Shown in pieces: positions 1 through 8,662 of a stretch of DNA of 64,000 nt (positions within the stretch are counted from its first letter, which is position 1; every line of letters begins with the position of its first letter). The position numbers were made by a program, and so were the translations under genes. The stretch lies in IMG/VR virus record IMGVR_UViG_3300028591_000144; one strand, written 5' to 3'. Source of the stretch: a virus. The notes under the pieces were generated by a model. The model did not search any database and was not told the origin of the DNA. It saw nothing but the letters and a program-made list of their open reading frames with translations.

Positions 1-1
1 C

Positions 2-163
2 ATGAATTATTTGAGAGATGATATTTTTAATCGGTTAATTGTATGGTTAATGAAACATTGTCATTGCTATACTACAGTATTGTATACAGCTTTTACTCGT
101 TATTGTCCTGGAGAGGTAAAGGTAATGTATGAAAGTTGGAAAGAATATAATGGGTTAGAATAA
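2..163 (+). CDS. Small ORF at the window edge (MNYLRDDIFNRLIVWLMKHCHCYTTV...). It may be partial or longer upstream.
   Basis: Open frame from the ATG at 2 to the TAA at 161-163. No promoter context is visible because of the window edge. Confidence 0.3.
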   Translation: MNYLRDDIFNRLIVWLMKHCHCYTTVLYTAFTRYCPGEVKVMYESWKEYNGLE

Positions 164-229
164 TCTAATTCCTTGCTCGGTATCCAGCAAAATACACAAA
201 ATTATAAGAAAAAAGATAAGGAGAAAAAA

Positions 230-535
230 ATGAAAACTAATCTTATTTATGGTACGAAATGCAAACTTACTGTTGTTGATCTGTTTAGTTGGCACTGGGA
301 GCTAACTGATGAATTTCATATGCTTCAAGATGCAGTAAATCGTGCACAAGATATTTTTAATGGTCTTTCTCAGTTTAATCCAGATCGCATTCTTGAAATT
401 TTTATTACAGATGTAAATACTGGTGAAATTCTTGCTGAATGTGAACATGATGATATTATAGAAGAATATGATCCATGGACTGAAGAAATTGATAACCCTA
501 ACTATGAACTTAATTCTATTAATTGGGACAGCTAA
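230..535 (+). CDS. Hypothetical protein (101 aa, acidic C-terminus)
   Basis: RBS AAGGAG 8 nt upstream of the ATG at 230. The track ORF 173..535 is in the same frame. Ends at TAA and is followed by a hairpin terminator. Confidence 0.6.
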   Translation: MKTNLIYGTKCKLTVVDLFSWHWELTDEFHMLQDAVNRAQDIFNGLSQFNPDRILEIFITDVNTGEILAECEHDDIIEEYDPWTEEIDNPNYELNSINWDS

Positions 536-580
536 TTTTTAATGGGGAGAGAAAAAATATCTCTACCCATTATTTTTATG

Positions 581-628
581 CGCGCCATTTTCGTGCGTAC
601 CTTACGAAAATGGCGCGATTTTTCTTTT
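581..628 (+). terminator. Rho-independent terminator (GCGCGCCATTTTCG...CGAAAATGGCGCG, then a T-tract)
   Basis: Perfect 13-bp stem followed by TTTTTCTTTT, directly read from the sequence. Confidence 0.7.
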
Positions 629-712
629 ATATACAATATGCACAATTTTTCCAGGATATATTTGTGCAAAATGCCATCTTGCATTTTTCCTGATAATATG
701 ATATATTATACT
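629..712 (+). promoter_or_regulatory. Early promoter/operator module, copy 1 of 10 (TGTGCAAAATGCCATCTTGCA operator-like palindrome overlapping the -35 TTGCAT; -10 TATATT)
   Basis: The ~85-bp element recurs at 1949, 2884, 3644, 4569, 5386, 5938, 6640, 8345 and 9381. Its core is TTGTGCAATATGCCATATTGCATTTTTCC, which contains the perfect inverted repeat TGCAATATG-C-CATATTGCA. Confidence 0.65.
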
Positions 713-737
713 TACAAAAAAGAAAGGAAGAAAAAAA

Positions 738-1883
738 ATGAACTACACTATGATTCGTGACAAGAATATGCTCCGCTTTACTTCTGATAATAATAAGAAT
801 TATACCTTTGATATTAATACTGGCATTTTTTATGGTATTTCTAACAAGCCTATTAAGACTCTCCCGACTGGTATGAGCACATGGCTGAATGATAATAAGC
901 ATGGGACAAATGCTCTTTTTCTTCTGGATTCTATTCGGCGCAATTACTGGCGCTATAATACCCCTATGCATAGCATGCCGAACCTGACTCAGATTGCTAA
1001 TAACTTTGGCAAGTATTTCAATCTGGTTGATCGGATTCAGAGTGTTGGCTATGTTGTTAATGATAGTTATGATTTTGATTTGGCAAGTCTTGATTATGTT
1101 GCTGAACATTTCAAAGTGTTTGCAAAATATATTAAAGAATTGCCAGAAGAAAGAAAGCGCAATTGTATCCGCCGTTTCATGTCAGATATGGGCGCAGAGA
1201 TTTTTGCGGAATCTCACAACCTTACTATTAATGAATATCTGAATGAAACCATGATTAGTGAAATTGCAGATTTTTGTAGGAGAAATCCTAAATATGATAC
1301 TCCGCAGTATGTCTCTTTGATTGTCTATTATATGACTCGTGGGCTTTGTGAGTTTCTTTCTTATCCTGAAGATTCTGAGTCTATTTATAAATTTGGCAAA
1401 GGACTTACATATATTTATAATTACTTTCAGATGTGTGAAGCTCTTGGTATTGTCCCTCAGAAAGAAAATTTCTTTAGTAGTTACATTAAAGTAATTAAAG
1501 AGTATCGGCTTAATAAAGAAAAGATCGACAATAAAAAAATTACAGATCATTACGCAAAAACTAATCTGTATTTTGAGGATGATAATTTCTTTACCTATAT
1601 TCCTCAGAGTCAGGAAGATTTTAAGCGTGAGGCTGATGCTCAGTCGAATTGTGTTTACTCTATGTATATGAAACAAGTTATGAAACATTCGACAAGCGTA
1701 GTTTTTGTCCGCAGGAAAGATGCTCCTGATACTTCGCTTATTACTTGTGAAGTTTCTAATACTGGGGAAATCTGGCAGTATCTTGCAAGATTTAATCATA
1801 GAGTACCAGAGAATACTCCTGAGCATGACTTTTATCTTAAATATAAGTCTTGGCTTAATAATAATTTTAAGACTGAGTGGTAA
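738..1883 (+). CDS. Hypothetical protein, 381 aa (possibly PcfJ-like)
   Basis: Long ORF with a strong RBS (AAGAAAGGAAG). Sits in its own promoter-terminator cassette. The PcfJ resemblance is only an impression from the C-terminal region. Confidence 0.7.
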   Translation: MNYTMIRDKNMLRFTSDNNKNYTFDINTGIFYGISNKPIKTLPTGMSTWLNDNKHGTNALFLLDSIRRNYWRYNTPMHSMPNLTQIANNFGKYFNLVDRIQSVGYVVNDSYDFDLASLDYVAEHFKVFAKYIKELPEERKRNCIRRFMSDMGAEIFAESHNLTINEYLNETMISEIADFCRRNPKYDTPQYVSLIVYYMTRGLCEFLSYPEDSESIYKFGKGLTYIYNYFQMCEALGIVPQKENFFSSYIKVIKEYRLNKEKIDNKKITDHYAKTNLYFEDDNFFTYIPQSQEDFKREADAQSNCVYSMYMKQVMKHSTSVVFVRRKDAPDTSLITCEVSNTGEIWQYLARFNHRVPENTPEHDFYLKYKSWLNNNFKTEW

Positions 1884-1902
1884 ATCCACTCAGTCTTTTT
1901 CC

Positions 1903-1951
1903 CGCCTGCTTCACGCACGTTCCTTTGTGTGAAGCAGGCGTCTTTCATTTT
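1903..1951 (+). terminator. Hairpin terminator CGCCTGCTTCAC-GCACGTTCCTTTGT-GTGAAGCAGGCG plus T-tract (second of a tandem pair)
   Basis: A first hairpin, ACTGAGTGG-TAAAT-CCACTCAGT, lies at 1870-1896. The loop sequence GCACGTTCCTTG is shared with the terminators at 3600, 4520 and 6592. Confidence 0.75.
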
Positions 1952-2037
1952 GTATATAGTTTATACAATTTCCAAGCTCTTTTTTTGTGCAATATGCCAT
2001 ATTGCATTTTTCCCGATAGTATGTTATATTATAAAAG
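1949..2037 (+). promoter_or_regulatory. Early promoter/operator module, copy 2
   Basis: Contains TTTTTTGTGCAATATGCCATATTGCATTTTTCCCGATAGTATGTTATATTATAAAAG, i.e. the palindrome, a -35 TTGCAT and a -10 TATATT. Confidence 0.65.
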
Positions 2038-2095
2038 CAATAGGAAATGATGATAAACCTATTGACATTAAAAAAATGAGGTAAAAAAAATTATT

Positions 2096-2791
2096 ATGGA
2101 AAAAGAAAAAGTTGAATTGACTTCTCAGTCTCGTATTATGATTATTGATACTGAAACTACCAATAGTCTTGATGATCCTGTGGTTTATGACGTTGGTTTT
2201 GAAGTTTTTGATCTGGAAGGAACTACTTATGAAAGTTGTTCCATGATTAATACTGAAGTATTTAATGACCCCGCGCTTATGTCTACGGCTTATTATGCTG
2301 ATAAGATTCCACAGTACATGGATAGAGTTCTGACTGGCCAGAGCGTTATGATTCCTTGGAAATCTATTAAAACTACTATTAAAAATAGTATTATTCGCAA
2401 TAATTGTGAAGTTGTTTGCGCTCATAATGCTCGTTTTGATAGTCATGCTTTGAACCTTACTCAGCGATATATTACTACCTCTAAGTGGAGATACTTTCTT
2501 CCTTATGGGACTTCTCAGTGGTGGGATACCCTTCGAATGGCAAGAGAAATCTTGAAAAATAATGCTGATTATAGACAGTTTTGTCTTGACAATGGATATG
2601 TAACCAGTCGAAATGTAAACCGCTATACAGCAGAAGTTATTTATCGTTTTCTTACTGGTGAAAATGATTTTAACGAAGCGCATATGGGTTTGGATGATGT
2701 ACGAATTGAAAAAGAGATTTTCCTTTACTGCATTCGCCAGAATCCGGAAATTGATGGTCGCCTTTGGAAGCCCAAAGATTCAATTACATAA
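2096..2791 (+). CDS. DEDDh-family 3'-5' exonuclease (DnaQ/epsilon-like), paralogue 1
   Basis: Exo I motif IIDTETT, Exo II motif CAHNARFD and Exo III motif HMGLDDV are all present, in the right order. Confidence 0.85.
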   Translation: MEKEKVELTSQSRIMIIDTETTNSLDDPVVYDVGFEVFDLEGTTYESCSMINTEVFNDPALMSTAYYADKIPQYMDRVLTGQSVMIPWKSIKTTIKNSIIRNNCEVVCAHNARFDSHALNLTQRYITTSKWRYFLPYGTSQWWDTLRMAREILKNNADYRQFCLDNGYVTSRNVNRYTAEVIYRFLTGENDFNEAHMGLDDVRIEKEIFLYCIRQNPEIDGRLWKPKDSIT

Positions 2792-2883
2792 TATATAAAT
2801 AGGAATGTATTTCTATACATTCCTATTTTAATTCACGCGCCATTTGCGAGTGTCCACCCCCGCAAATGGCGCGATTTTTCTTT

Positions 2884-2965
2884 TATATACAATATGCCCA
2901 ATTTTTCCAGGATATATTTGTGCATATTACCATATTGCAATTTTCCTATAATTTGATATAATAGA
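2884..2965 (+). promoter_or_regulatory. Early promoter/operator module, copy 3
   Basis: Conserved motif with the palindrome TGCATATTACCATATTGCA. Preceded by hairpin terminators at 2800-2830 and 2836-2886. Confidence 0.6.
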
Positions 2966-3009
2966 AACTGTCAAAAGGATAAAAAAAACATAATTATTAA
3001 AAAATCCTA

Positions 3010-3038
3010 TTGACAATTTTCATAAAATTTGTTATAAT
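3010..3038 (+). promoter_or_regulatory. Consensus sigma70 promoter (TTGACA, 17-nt spacer, TATAAT)
   Basis: -35 TTGACA at 3010-3015, exactly 17 nt of spacer, -10 TATAAT at 3033-3038. About 30 nt upstream of the HAD gene start. Confidence 0.75.
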
Positions 3039-3069
3039 ATAATTACCAAAAGAAAAGGAGAACAGAAAA

Positions 3070-3534
3070 ATGAGTAAAGCAATTTATTTTGACATGGATG
3101 GTACACTTGATGACCTTTATGGTGTAGATGGTTGGCTCGAAAGTCTGCGGAAGTTTCAGACTAAGCCTTACAGAGAAGCAAAGTCTTTGCAGGATATGAG
3201 ACTTTTAAGCAATTTGCTTCTTGATCTTCAAGCTCTTGGTTATCATATTGGAATTGTTTCATGGGGCAGTAAGCAGTCCACAGAGGAATATCTTGAAAGA
3301 GTCCGTACTGCTAAACTCAAGTGGCTTCAAAAGCATATGGGTAGAATTATTTTTGATGAAATTAAAATTGTGCAGTATGGAACGCCGAAAAGTTCTGTTG
3401 TAGATTTTAAAGATGGAATCCTGTTTGATGATGAACAGCAGAACAGAGAAAACTGGGAAGGCACTTCTTATGACGAGACTAATATCCTTGAGATTCTGTC
3501 TGGTCTGGTGCTGGATGAAGTAGGGCTTCTGTAA
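3070..3534 (+). CDS. HAD-superfamily phosphatase (motif I FDMDGTL)
   Basis: N-terminal DxDGT motif is typical of HAD phosphatases and nucleotidases. Own consensus promoter and triple-hairpin terminator. Confidence 0.75.
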   Translation: MSKAIYFDMDGTLDDLYGVDGWLESLRKFQTKPYREAKSLQDMRLLSNLLLDLQALGYHIGIVSWGSKQSTEEYLERVRTAKLKWLQKHMGRIIFDEIKIVQYGTPKSSVVDFKDGILFDDEQQNRENWEGTSYDETNILEILSGLVLDEVGLL

Positions 3535-3599
3535 AAAGAAGCCCTGTATAAAAATATTTAAAGAGAGTGTATAAAAATACACTCTCTTTAATTTGGCGC

Positions 3600-3640
3600 T
3601 TCCTCGGCGCACGTTCCTTGCGCTGAGGAAGCGAGTTTTC
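3600..3640 (+). terminator. Hairpin terminator CTTCCTCGGCGC-ACGTTCCT-TGCGCTGAGGAAG (third of three hairpins after 3534)
   Basis: Inverted repeats read directly. The loop is shared with other early-region terminators. Confidence 0.7.
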
Positions 3641-3643
3641 GAT

Positions 3644-3728
3644 ATTGTATAATATGTACAATTTTTCTAAGATATTTTTGTGCAATATGCCATATTGCAT
3701 TTTTCCTGATAGTGTGTTATATTATAAA
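3644..3728 (+). promoter_or_regulatory. Early promoter/operator module, copy 4
   Basis: TTGTATAATATGTACAATTTTTCTAAGATATTTTTGTGCAATATGCCATATTGCATTTTTCCTGATAGTGTGTTATATTAT. Confidence 0.65.
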
Positions 3729-3783
3729 AGCAATAAGGAATGATGATAAACCTATTGACATTAAAAAAAATGAGGTAAAAAAA

Positions 3784-4476
3784 ATGGACATGCCTAAGGT
3801 TGAATTGACAGAAGATTCTCGTATTATGATTATTGATACTGAAACGACCAACAGTCTCGATGATCCTGTAGTCTATGATGTTGGTTTTGAAGTTTTTGAT
3901 CTAGCTGGGAACACCTATGAGTCTTGCTCAATGATTAATACAGAGGTTTTTAACGACCCCTCTTTAATGAGTACTGCTTATTATGCCGATAAGATTCCTC
4001 TGTATATGGATAAAGTTTTGACTGGTCAAAGTGTTATGATTCCTTGGAAATCAATCAAAACTACTATTCGTAATAGCATTGAGCGTAATCATTGTGAGGT
4101 AGTGTGCGCACATAATGCAAGGTTTGACTGTAAGTCTCTTAATTTGACTCAGCGTTATATCACCACTTCTAAATGGAGATATTTTCTGCCTTATGGCACG
4201 CAGTGGTGGGACACTCTTAAAATGGCAAGAGAAATTCTTAAGCAGGATTCTAATTACCGGCAGTTTTGTCTTGATAATGGATATGTAACAGCAAAGAATG
4301 TTTCTAGATATACTGCTGAAGTCATTTATAGATATCTTTCTGGTGAAAATGATTTTAATGAAGCTCACATGGGGCTTGACGATGTGCGTATTGAAAAAGA
4401 AATTTTTCTTTATTGTATGCGTCAGAATCCAGAAATTGATGGGCGTCTGTGGAAGCCTAAAGATATTCTTGAATAA
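3784..4476 (+). CDS. DEDDh-family 3'-5' exonuclease, paralogue 2 (about 85% identical to the protein of 2096..2791)
   Basis: Same IIDTETT, CAHNARFD and HMGLDDV motifs. The promoter module and leader (CCTATTGACATTAAAAAAAATGAGG) are duplicated with the gene. Confidence 0.85.
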   Translation: MDMPKVELTEDSRIMIIDTETTNSLDDPVVYDVGFEVFDLAGNTYESCSMINTEVFNDPSLMSTAYYADKIPLYMDKVLTGQSVMIPWKSIKTTIRNSIERNHCEVVCAHNARFDCKSLNLTQRYITTSKWRYFLPYGTQWWDTLKMAREILKQDSNYRQFCLDNGYVTAKNVSRYTAEVIYRYLSGENDFNEAHMGLDDVRIEKEIFLYCMRQNPEIDGRLWKPKDILE

Positions 4477-4519
4477 TATATAAAAGGAGAGTGTATTTTT
4501 TATACACTCTCCTTTATTT

Positions 4520-4567
4520 GGCGCTTCCTCGGCGCACGTTCCTTGCGCTGAGGAAGCGAGTTTTCGA
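4520..4567 (+). terminator. Hairpin terminator GCGCTTCCTCGGCGC...TGCGCTGAGGAAGCG plus TTTTCG
   Basis: Preceded by a second hairpin, AGGAGAGTGTAT-TTTTT-ATACACTCTCCT. Confidence 0.7.
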
Positions 4568-4568
4568 T

Positions 4569-4650
4569 GTTGTATAATATGTACAATTTTTCCAGGATAT
4601 TTTTGTGCAATATGCCATATTGCATTTTTCCTAAAATCTGTTATAATAAT
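4569..4650 (+). promoter_or_regulatory. Early promoter/operator module, copy 5 (-10 TGTTATAAT, extended)
   Basis: TTGTATAATATGTACAATTTTTCCAGGATATTTTTGTGCAATATGCCATATTGCATTTTTCCTAAAATCTGTTATAATAATG. Confidence 0.65.
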
Positions 4651-4709
4651 GACTGTAAGGGAAACGAAGGTACTCCCTAACGAAATTAAAAATTAAGGAG
4701 ATTTAAAAA

Positions 4710-5309
4710 ATGGCAAAATATTCTATGGAAGATTGTAGAGAGAATAATCTGTTTGAAGAAGCAAAGGAGCGTTATGAAACTACTTCTCCTCGCTGGAAGA
4801 AATCTTGGTGGCAGGTCATCTGTGATATTTGGACAAGAGCAGGGGATTGGCATGAAAAATATGATCTTGATAAAATTGCAAAAGTAATTATTAACAAGAT
4901 CAAAGATGCTGTCGATCAGGTGAAGCGCGCAGTTACTCGGACAGGCATTAATATTATCGAGAGAGTTACAACCACTTTTGCGACTGGAACAAAGCTTTGT
5001 TATCTGTTTAAGTTTTATGACAGTAATGGGGATTTGCTCTTTTCTAAAGTTGGGACTACTGAGCGCACTATTCGGCAGAGACTTACAGAAGAAATCAAAT
5101 ATTATCGTAAACGTGGTATTGATGTTAATTATGCCACAGTTGAAAGTGTATTTGATACCGGAGATCTTGAGCCAGAAGGAGCACAGGATTTTGCTAAAGG
5201 GTATTACACTAAGAAGCATAAAGGACACTATATGCGGAATGATCGGTTTACTTGCGATATTAACGTAGAAGGATTTAATAAGCTGATTACAGACTATCTT
5301 GCCGCATAA
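4710..5309 (+). CDS. Hypothetical protein with a GIY-YIG / T5orf172-like segment (CYLFKFYDSNGDLLFSKVGTTERTIRQRL)
   Basis: The ORF has a clear RBS (TTAAGGAG). The domain call is pattern-based only: Y-x-F...KVG-T...R resembles the GIY-YIG/T5orf172 core. Confidence 0.5.
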   Translation: MAKYSMEDCRENNLFEEAKERYETTSPRWKKSWWQVICDIWTRAGDWHEKYDLDKIAKVIINKIKDAVDQVKRAVTRTGINIIERVTTTFATGTKLCYLFKFYDSNGDLLFSKVGTTERTIRQRLTEEIKYYRKRGIDVNYATVESVFDTGDLEPEGAQDFAKGYYTKKHKGHYMRNDRFTCDINVEGFNKLITDYLAA

Positions 5310-5385
5310 ATAAATACTTAGAAAAGAAGGCTTTAGCGCCTTCTTTTCGGGTGTCCACCCACGAAAAGAAGGCGTCTTTTTATTT

Positions 5386-5468
5386 CTATATAATTTATAT
5401 AATTTCCAGGCAAATTTTTTGTACAATATGCCATATTGCAATTTTCCTGATAATATGATAATATAGAA
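5386..5468 (+). promoter_or_regulatory. Early promoter/operator module, copy 6
   Basis: Contains TTTTTTGTACAATATGCCATATTGCAATTTTCCTGATAATATGATAATATAG. Confidence 0.6.
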
Positions 5469-5494
5469 CCATCAAGAGAAAGGAGATCAATATC

Positions 5495-5866
5495 GTGGCT
5501 ACTAAATTTAAAGAATCTGAGATTCAAAAAATGATGAGAAAGCTGGACTTGTCTCGTGAAGATGCAATTCAGCTTCTTCAAGATGATGAAGATGATGTAA
5601 CTGAAGAACTGACTAAAGAACAGGAAAAAGTCGTCAAAGAAATGACTCAAGCTGATCGGAAGAAAGAAAGCACTCCTCGAAAGAGAGAGAAAAAAGCTGA
5701 TGAAGATAAACGGCATCTAATGGCTCTGCTGGATATTGCAATCGGCCATAATCCTGATGTAACAGAATATACTGTAACAAATGCAGAACGAGAAGTTACA
5801 TTTCGTTACAAAAATACTCTGTATCGTCTGACTCTTATGAAACCCAGAGAGAAGAAAACTGAATAG
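5495..5866 (+). CDS. Hypothetical acidic/basic protein, family B (paralogue of 7313..7714). GTG start, TAG stop.
   Basis: RBS AAAGGAG upstream of the GTG. Shares the N-terminal motif MRKLDLSREDAIQLL with 7313's MQKLKISREEAIDML. This is the only early gene that ends in TAG. Confidence 0.6.
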   Translation: MATKFKESEIQKMMRKLDLSREDAIQLLQDDEDDVTEELTKEQEKVVKEMTQADRKKESTPRKREKKADEDKRHLMALLDIAIGHNPDVTEYTVTNAEREVTFRYKNTLYRLTLMKPREKKTE

Positions 5867-5890
5867 TTATAAGCGCCCACTCTTATGGGC

Positions 5891-5934
5891 GCTTTCTTGT
5901 CGGGTGTGAGCACTCGACAAGAAAGCGTATTTTC
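5891..5934 (+). terminator. Hairpin terminator GCTTTCTTGTCGGGTGTGAGCACTCGACAAGAAAGCG plus T-tract
   Basis: Preceded by the hairpin GCGCCCACTCTTATGGGCGC. Read directly. Confidence 0.7.
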
Positions 5935-5937
5935 GAT

Positions 5938-6022
5938 GTTGTATAATATATACAATTTCCAGGCAGATTTTTTGTATAATTTGCTATATTGCAATTTTCC
6001 TAAAATCTGATATAATAATAAT
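5938..6022 (+). promoter_or_regulatory. Early promoter/operator module, copy 7
   Basis: TTGTATAATATATACAATTTCCAGGCAGATTTTTTGTATAATTTGCTATATTGCAATTTTCCTAAAATCTGATATAATAAT. Confidence 0.6.
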
Positions 6023-6112
6023 TGTCGAGAGGGCAATAGCAAGCCAAAGGCCACGGCGAATGGAGATAAAGAATAAGGCTCTCCCAAATTACAAATAATT
6101 TGAAAAACCCTC

Positions 6113-6141
6113 TTGACATTGTAGAAAATCTGTGCTATAAT
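6113..6141 (+). promoter_or_regulatory. Consensus sigma70 promoter (TTGACA-17-TATAAT) inside a CCTCTTGACA inverted-repeat context
   Basis: -35 at 6113-6118, 17-nt spacer, -10 at 6136-6141. Same AAACCCTCTTGACA context as the 8.5-9.9 kb promoter arrays. Confidence 0.75.
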
Positions 6142-6173
6142 AAGCACATCAAATCAAGAAAGGAATTGATACT

Positions 6174-6539
6174 ATGGCAGATAAAGGAATGACTATTAAG
6201 CAGGGATTTACTCGTGCGCTGGAAGATTACCGCAAACTTGGTAATATTGAGATGGTAGAGTTTTTTGAGAAGCGTCTTGAACAGCTCAATAAAAAAAGTG
6301 ATGCTCCGAAGAAAAGAACTCCTCGTCAGATCGAAAATGATGCTTACAAGGAAATCATTCTCAATGGAATGAACGGAGAGACTGAGTATACTATTGATGA
6401 TATGCTGATGTACTTCGGACTTCCTCTTGAGATGAAAACTCAGCGTGTTTCTGCTCTTCTGTCTCAGTTGGTAGAAGAAAATAAAGTTGAGCGTGTTTCT
6501 GATACCAAGGGGCATCGTAAGTTTAAACTCGTAGCATAA
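6174..6539 (+). CDS. Small basic protein, family A (paralogues at 8810, 23213 and 51711)
   Basis: Shared architecture: a central K/R-rich stretch (KKSDAPKKRTPRQ) and a C-terminal hydrophobic-x-x-A end. The TTGATACTATG start context is shared with 8810. Confidence 0.7.
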   Translation: MADKGMTIKQGFTRALEDYRKLGNIEMVEFFEKRLEQLNKKSDAPKKRTPRQIENDAYKEIILNGMNGETEYTIDDMLMYFGLPLEMKTQRVSALLSQLVEENKVERVSDTKGHRKFKLVA

Positions 6540-6591
6540 GACCTGCTGGATTTTACCCCCTATGTAAAAACATAGGGGATTTTCTTTTTGG

Positions 6592-6640
6592 CGGTTCATT
6601 TGCGTGCGTTCCTTGCGCAAATGAACCGAATTATCTCTTT
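6592..6640 (+). terminator. Hairpin terminator CGGTTCATTTGCG-TGCGTTCCT-TGCGCAAATGAACCG
   Basis: Preceded by the hairpin CCCCTATG-TAAAAA-CATAGGGG. Read directly. Confidence 0.7.
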
Positions 6641-6753
6641 TGTATACTTTGCATAAAATTTATTATTATTTTTTGTATAATATTTTATATTGCATTTTTC
6701 CTAAAATCTGTTATAATAGTATATGTAAATAAGAAAAAAAAAGGAGATAAATA

Positions 6754-7185
6754 ATGAAGTATCTTATTATGAAATGTGAAGAATTGAATGACCAATACGA
6801 ATGTGACACTAATCGTACTCCTATTACTATGACAGATAATTGGAAAACTTGGTATAAAGATAATAACCCTGATTATTATTTTGAAGTTTATGAATATAAA
6901 AATAATCATTTTACTTGTATTAAAGACTATAATACTTCTATGGAAAATGGAATGGTTTTTGTCTGGTTTGATGAAGATACGCCAGAAGATGAGTTTAATG
7001 TAATTACACGTTTTCCAAATTATAATAGACATATGCCTATGCCAACAGACTTGTATGCCAGAGCAAAAAGAGGAGAAGATTTTGATGATTCGCTTTCAAG
7101 CTGTGGCTATGTCTCTTGGAATGAAGGCGATAAGTACTACGCTTATACAGAATATTATGATAATCGAATTTGTTGTCCTTATTAA
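6754..7185 (+). CDS. Hypothetical protein, 143 aa
   Basis: RBS AAAGGAG. Followed by the long hairpin TGCGCTTTACCAT...ATGGTAAAGCGCA. Confidence 0.65.
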   Translation: MKYLIMKCEELNDQYECDTNRTPITMTDNWKTWYKDNNPDYYFEVYEYKNNHFTCIKDYNTSMENGMVFVWFDEDTPEDEFNVITRFPNYNRHMPMPTDLYARAKRGEDFDDSLSSCGYVSWNEGDKYYAYTEYYDNRICCPY

Positions 7186-7254
7186 ATAAAAAATGCGCTT
7201 TACCATATAAAATAATTTATTTTTAAAAAAAAATGGTAAAGCGCATAACTTATA

Positions 7255-7290
7255 TTGACTTTATAAAAAAAATATGATATAATATATATA
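7255..7290 (+). promoter_or_regulatory. First copy of the second conserved promoter class (TTGACTTTATAAAAAAAATATGATATAATATATATAG)
   Basis: Same motif as the ~30 copies downstream (see the feature at 18863). Confidence 0.65.
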
Positions 7291-7312
7291 GTTAATATAA
7301 GGAGTATTAAAA

Positions 7313-7714
7313 ATGAGTAAAAAAGGCTTAGATGAAAATCAAATTACTTTTTTAATGCAAAAATTAAAAATATCTCGTGAAGAAGCTATTGATATGCTAG
7401 CTTATGATGATGATGTAAATCACGATCGTCCTACAGAGCATGACTTAACTCCAGATCAAAAAGCTTTTGTCCAAGATATGGTAAGACATTGTGAACATAA
7501 AAAATATGGCCATGTTGAAAGAAATCGTAAACCTAATGATTTAAAAATTGCAATTATGGCGGAAATTGCTGAATTTTTACGAGAAGATGCACAAGGTCAA
7601 GTGTATGAAGATGTAGAATTAACAAATATTTCTCGAATGATGCACTTTAAAGTAGGAAATAAAGAGTTTGATCTACAATTAATTGAAAAAAGACATCCAA
7701 ATAAAGAAAAATAA
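7313..7714 (+). CDS. Hypothetical protein, family B paralogue
   Basis: RBS AAGGAG. N-terminus similar to the protein of 5495..5866. Confidence 0.7.
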   Translation: MSKKGLDENQITFLMQKLKISREEAIDMLAYDDDVNHDRPTEHDLTPDQKAFVQDMVRHCEHKKYGHVERNRKPNDLKIAIMAEIAEFLREDAQGQVYEDVELTNISRMMHFKVGNKEFDLQLIEKRHPNKEK

Positions 7715-7971
7715 TATCTTTTTATGAGTTTTTAGGGTAAAAATAATACTTTTTACCCTATTTTTATATAATTTTATAATGGTATTTTTAGCGCATTCTC
7801 CACGCGCGTCCCTCGCCTGGAGAATGCGTTTTTACTATTATATTATACTTTTGTATTTTTTTTATATATTATTTTACTTTTTATACAAAATAATATTTTC
7901 CTGTAATACTTTTTCTTTTATTAATAACAGTCTAATAGCAATATGTTATAGTGGTTTACATAAGAAAGTCG

Positions 7972-8000
7972 TTGACATAATATCTTTTTTTTGTTATAAT
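7972..8000 (+). promoter_or_regulatory. Consensus sigma70 promoter (TTGACA-17-TATAAT)
   Basis: -35 at 7972-7977, 17-nt spacer, -10 at 7995-8000. Immediately upstream of the RBS and ATG at 8038. Confidence 0.7.
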
Positions 8001-8037
8001 GACCACAGAAACCAAGAGAAAAGGAGAGTACAGAAAA

Positions 8038-8133
8038 ATGACTTGGACTTTTATAATTTTGGGTACAATTATTGGATGTTTATGCGGCATGGCCGTATAT
8101 GTACAGATTGAAGAGTGGAAGGATCGACATTGA
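8038..8133 (+). CDS. Small hydrophobic peptide (31 aa, MTWTFIILGTIIGCLCGMAVYVQIEEWKDRH)
   Basis: Perfect RBS AAAAGGAGAG 8 nt upstream, consensus promoter, single predicted TM helix. Below the track's 60-aa cutoff. Confidence 0.5.
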   Translation: MTWTFIILGTIIGCLCGMAVYVQIEEWKDRH

Positions 8134-8279
8134 TGGATACTTATATTACTCTTACTATCCTTTTAGTTTTAAGTATATATGGCATTTATCATCTTCTAAA
8201 AGCTTTTGCAGAGCATGAGCAATTAGAAAAGCGCCAATTTTTTAAACCATTACCTCAATATAAAGGGAAGGATAGATAA
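8133..8279 (+). CDS. Small hydrophobic peptide (48 aa, MDTYITLTILLVLSIYGIYHLL...), start overlaps the previous stop (ATGA)
   Basis: Translationally coupled with 8038..8133. Followed by two hairpin terminators at 8264-8335. Confidence 0.45.
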   Translation: MDTYITLTILLVLSIYGIYHLLKAFAEHEQLEKRQFFKPLPQYKGKDR

Positions 8280-8344
8280 AAATCCTTCCCTTTAAAACGC
8301 TTTCTTGTCGGGCGCTCACCCCGGCAAGAAAGCGTGTTTGACTT

Positions 8345-8432
8345 ATTGTATAATAAATGTAATTTTCCAGGCGATCTTTTTGTGCAATATTCCATCTTGT
8401 ATTTTCCGAAAAACCTGCTATAATAATAAGTG
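8345..8432 (+). promoter_or_regulatory. Early promoter/operator module, copy 9
   Basis: TTGTATAATAAATGTAATTTTCCAGGCGATCTTTTTGTGCAATATTCCATCTTGTATTTTCCGAAAAACCTGCTATAATAATAAG. Confidence 0.6.
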
Positions 8433-8522
8433 TCAAGAGGGAGAGGCGCCGAGCCGCAAGAGTTATGGTTTATCTGCGCGGTTGCCAAAGCCATAAAAGA
8501 AAAATAAAATGCCGAAAACCTC

Positions 8523-8551
8523 TTGACAAGCCACTGAAAATGTGGTATAAT
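8523..8551 (+). promoter_or_regulatory. Consensus sigma70 promoter with extended -10 (TTGACA-17-TGGTATAAT), member of tandem array 1
   Basis: CCTCTTGACAAGCCACTGAAAATGTGGTATAATGAATACAGTCAAGAGG. The promoter is framed by the inverted repeat CCTCTTGAC/GTCAAGAGG. Confidence 0.75.
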
Positions 8552-8633
8552 GAATACAGTCAAGAGGGGTGGTTGGAGCCCATACCCCACGACCGCAAGG
8601 CCAAAAATTTTCAAAGAAATTTGAAAAACCCTC

Positions 8634-8662
8634 TTGACAAACCACACAATGTGTGCTATAAT
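8634..8662 (+). promoter_or_regulatory. Consensus sigma70 promoter (TTGACA-17-TATAAT), array 1
   Basis: -35 at 8634-8639, -10 at 8657-8662. Same CCTCTTGACAA framing. Confidence 0.75.

Noticed and set aside
627-1889. Minus-strand ORFs 627..1109 (160 aa) and 1182..1889 (235 aa), antisense to the 738..1883 gene
   Set aside because: They are low-complexity, Ile/Asn/Lys-rich translations of AT-rich antisense sequence. They have no RBS and run into the promoter and terminator elements. The sense gene has an RBS, a promoter and a terminator.
2024-2683. Minus-strand ORF of 219 aa, antisense to the DEDDh exonuclease
   Set aside because: Same argument: the sense strand carries the conserved Exo I-III motifs, and the antisense ORF is compositionally generated.
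7779-8111. Track ORF 7779..8111 (110 aa)
   Set aside because: It begins inside a terminator hairpin and spans an AT-rich promoter region containing a perfect TTGACA-17-TATAAT. The RBS-supported small ORFs at 8038 and 8133 explain the locus better.
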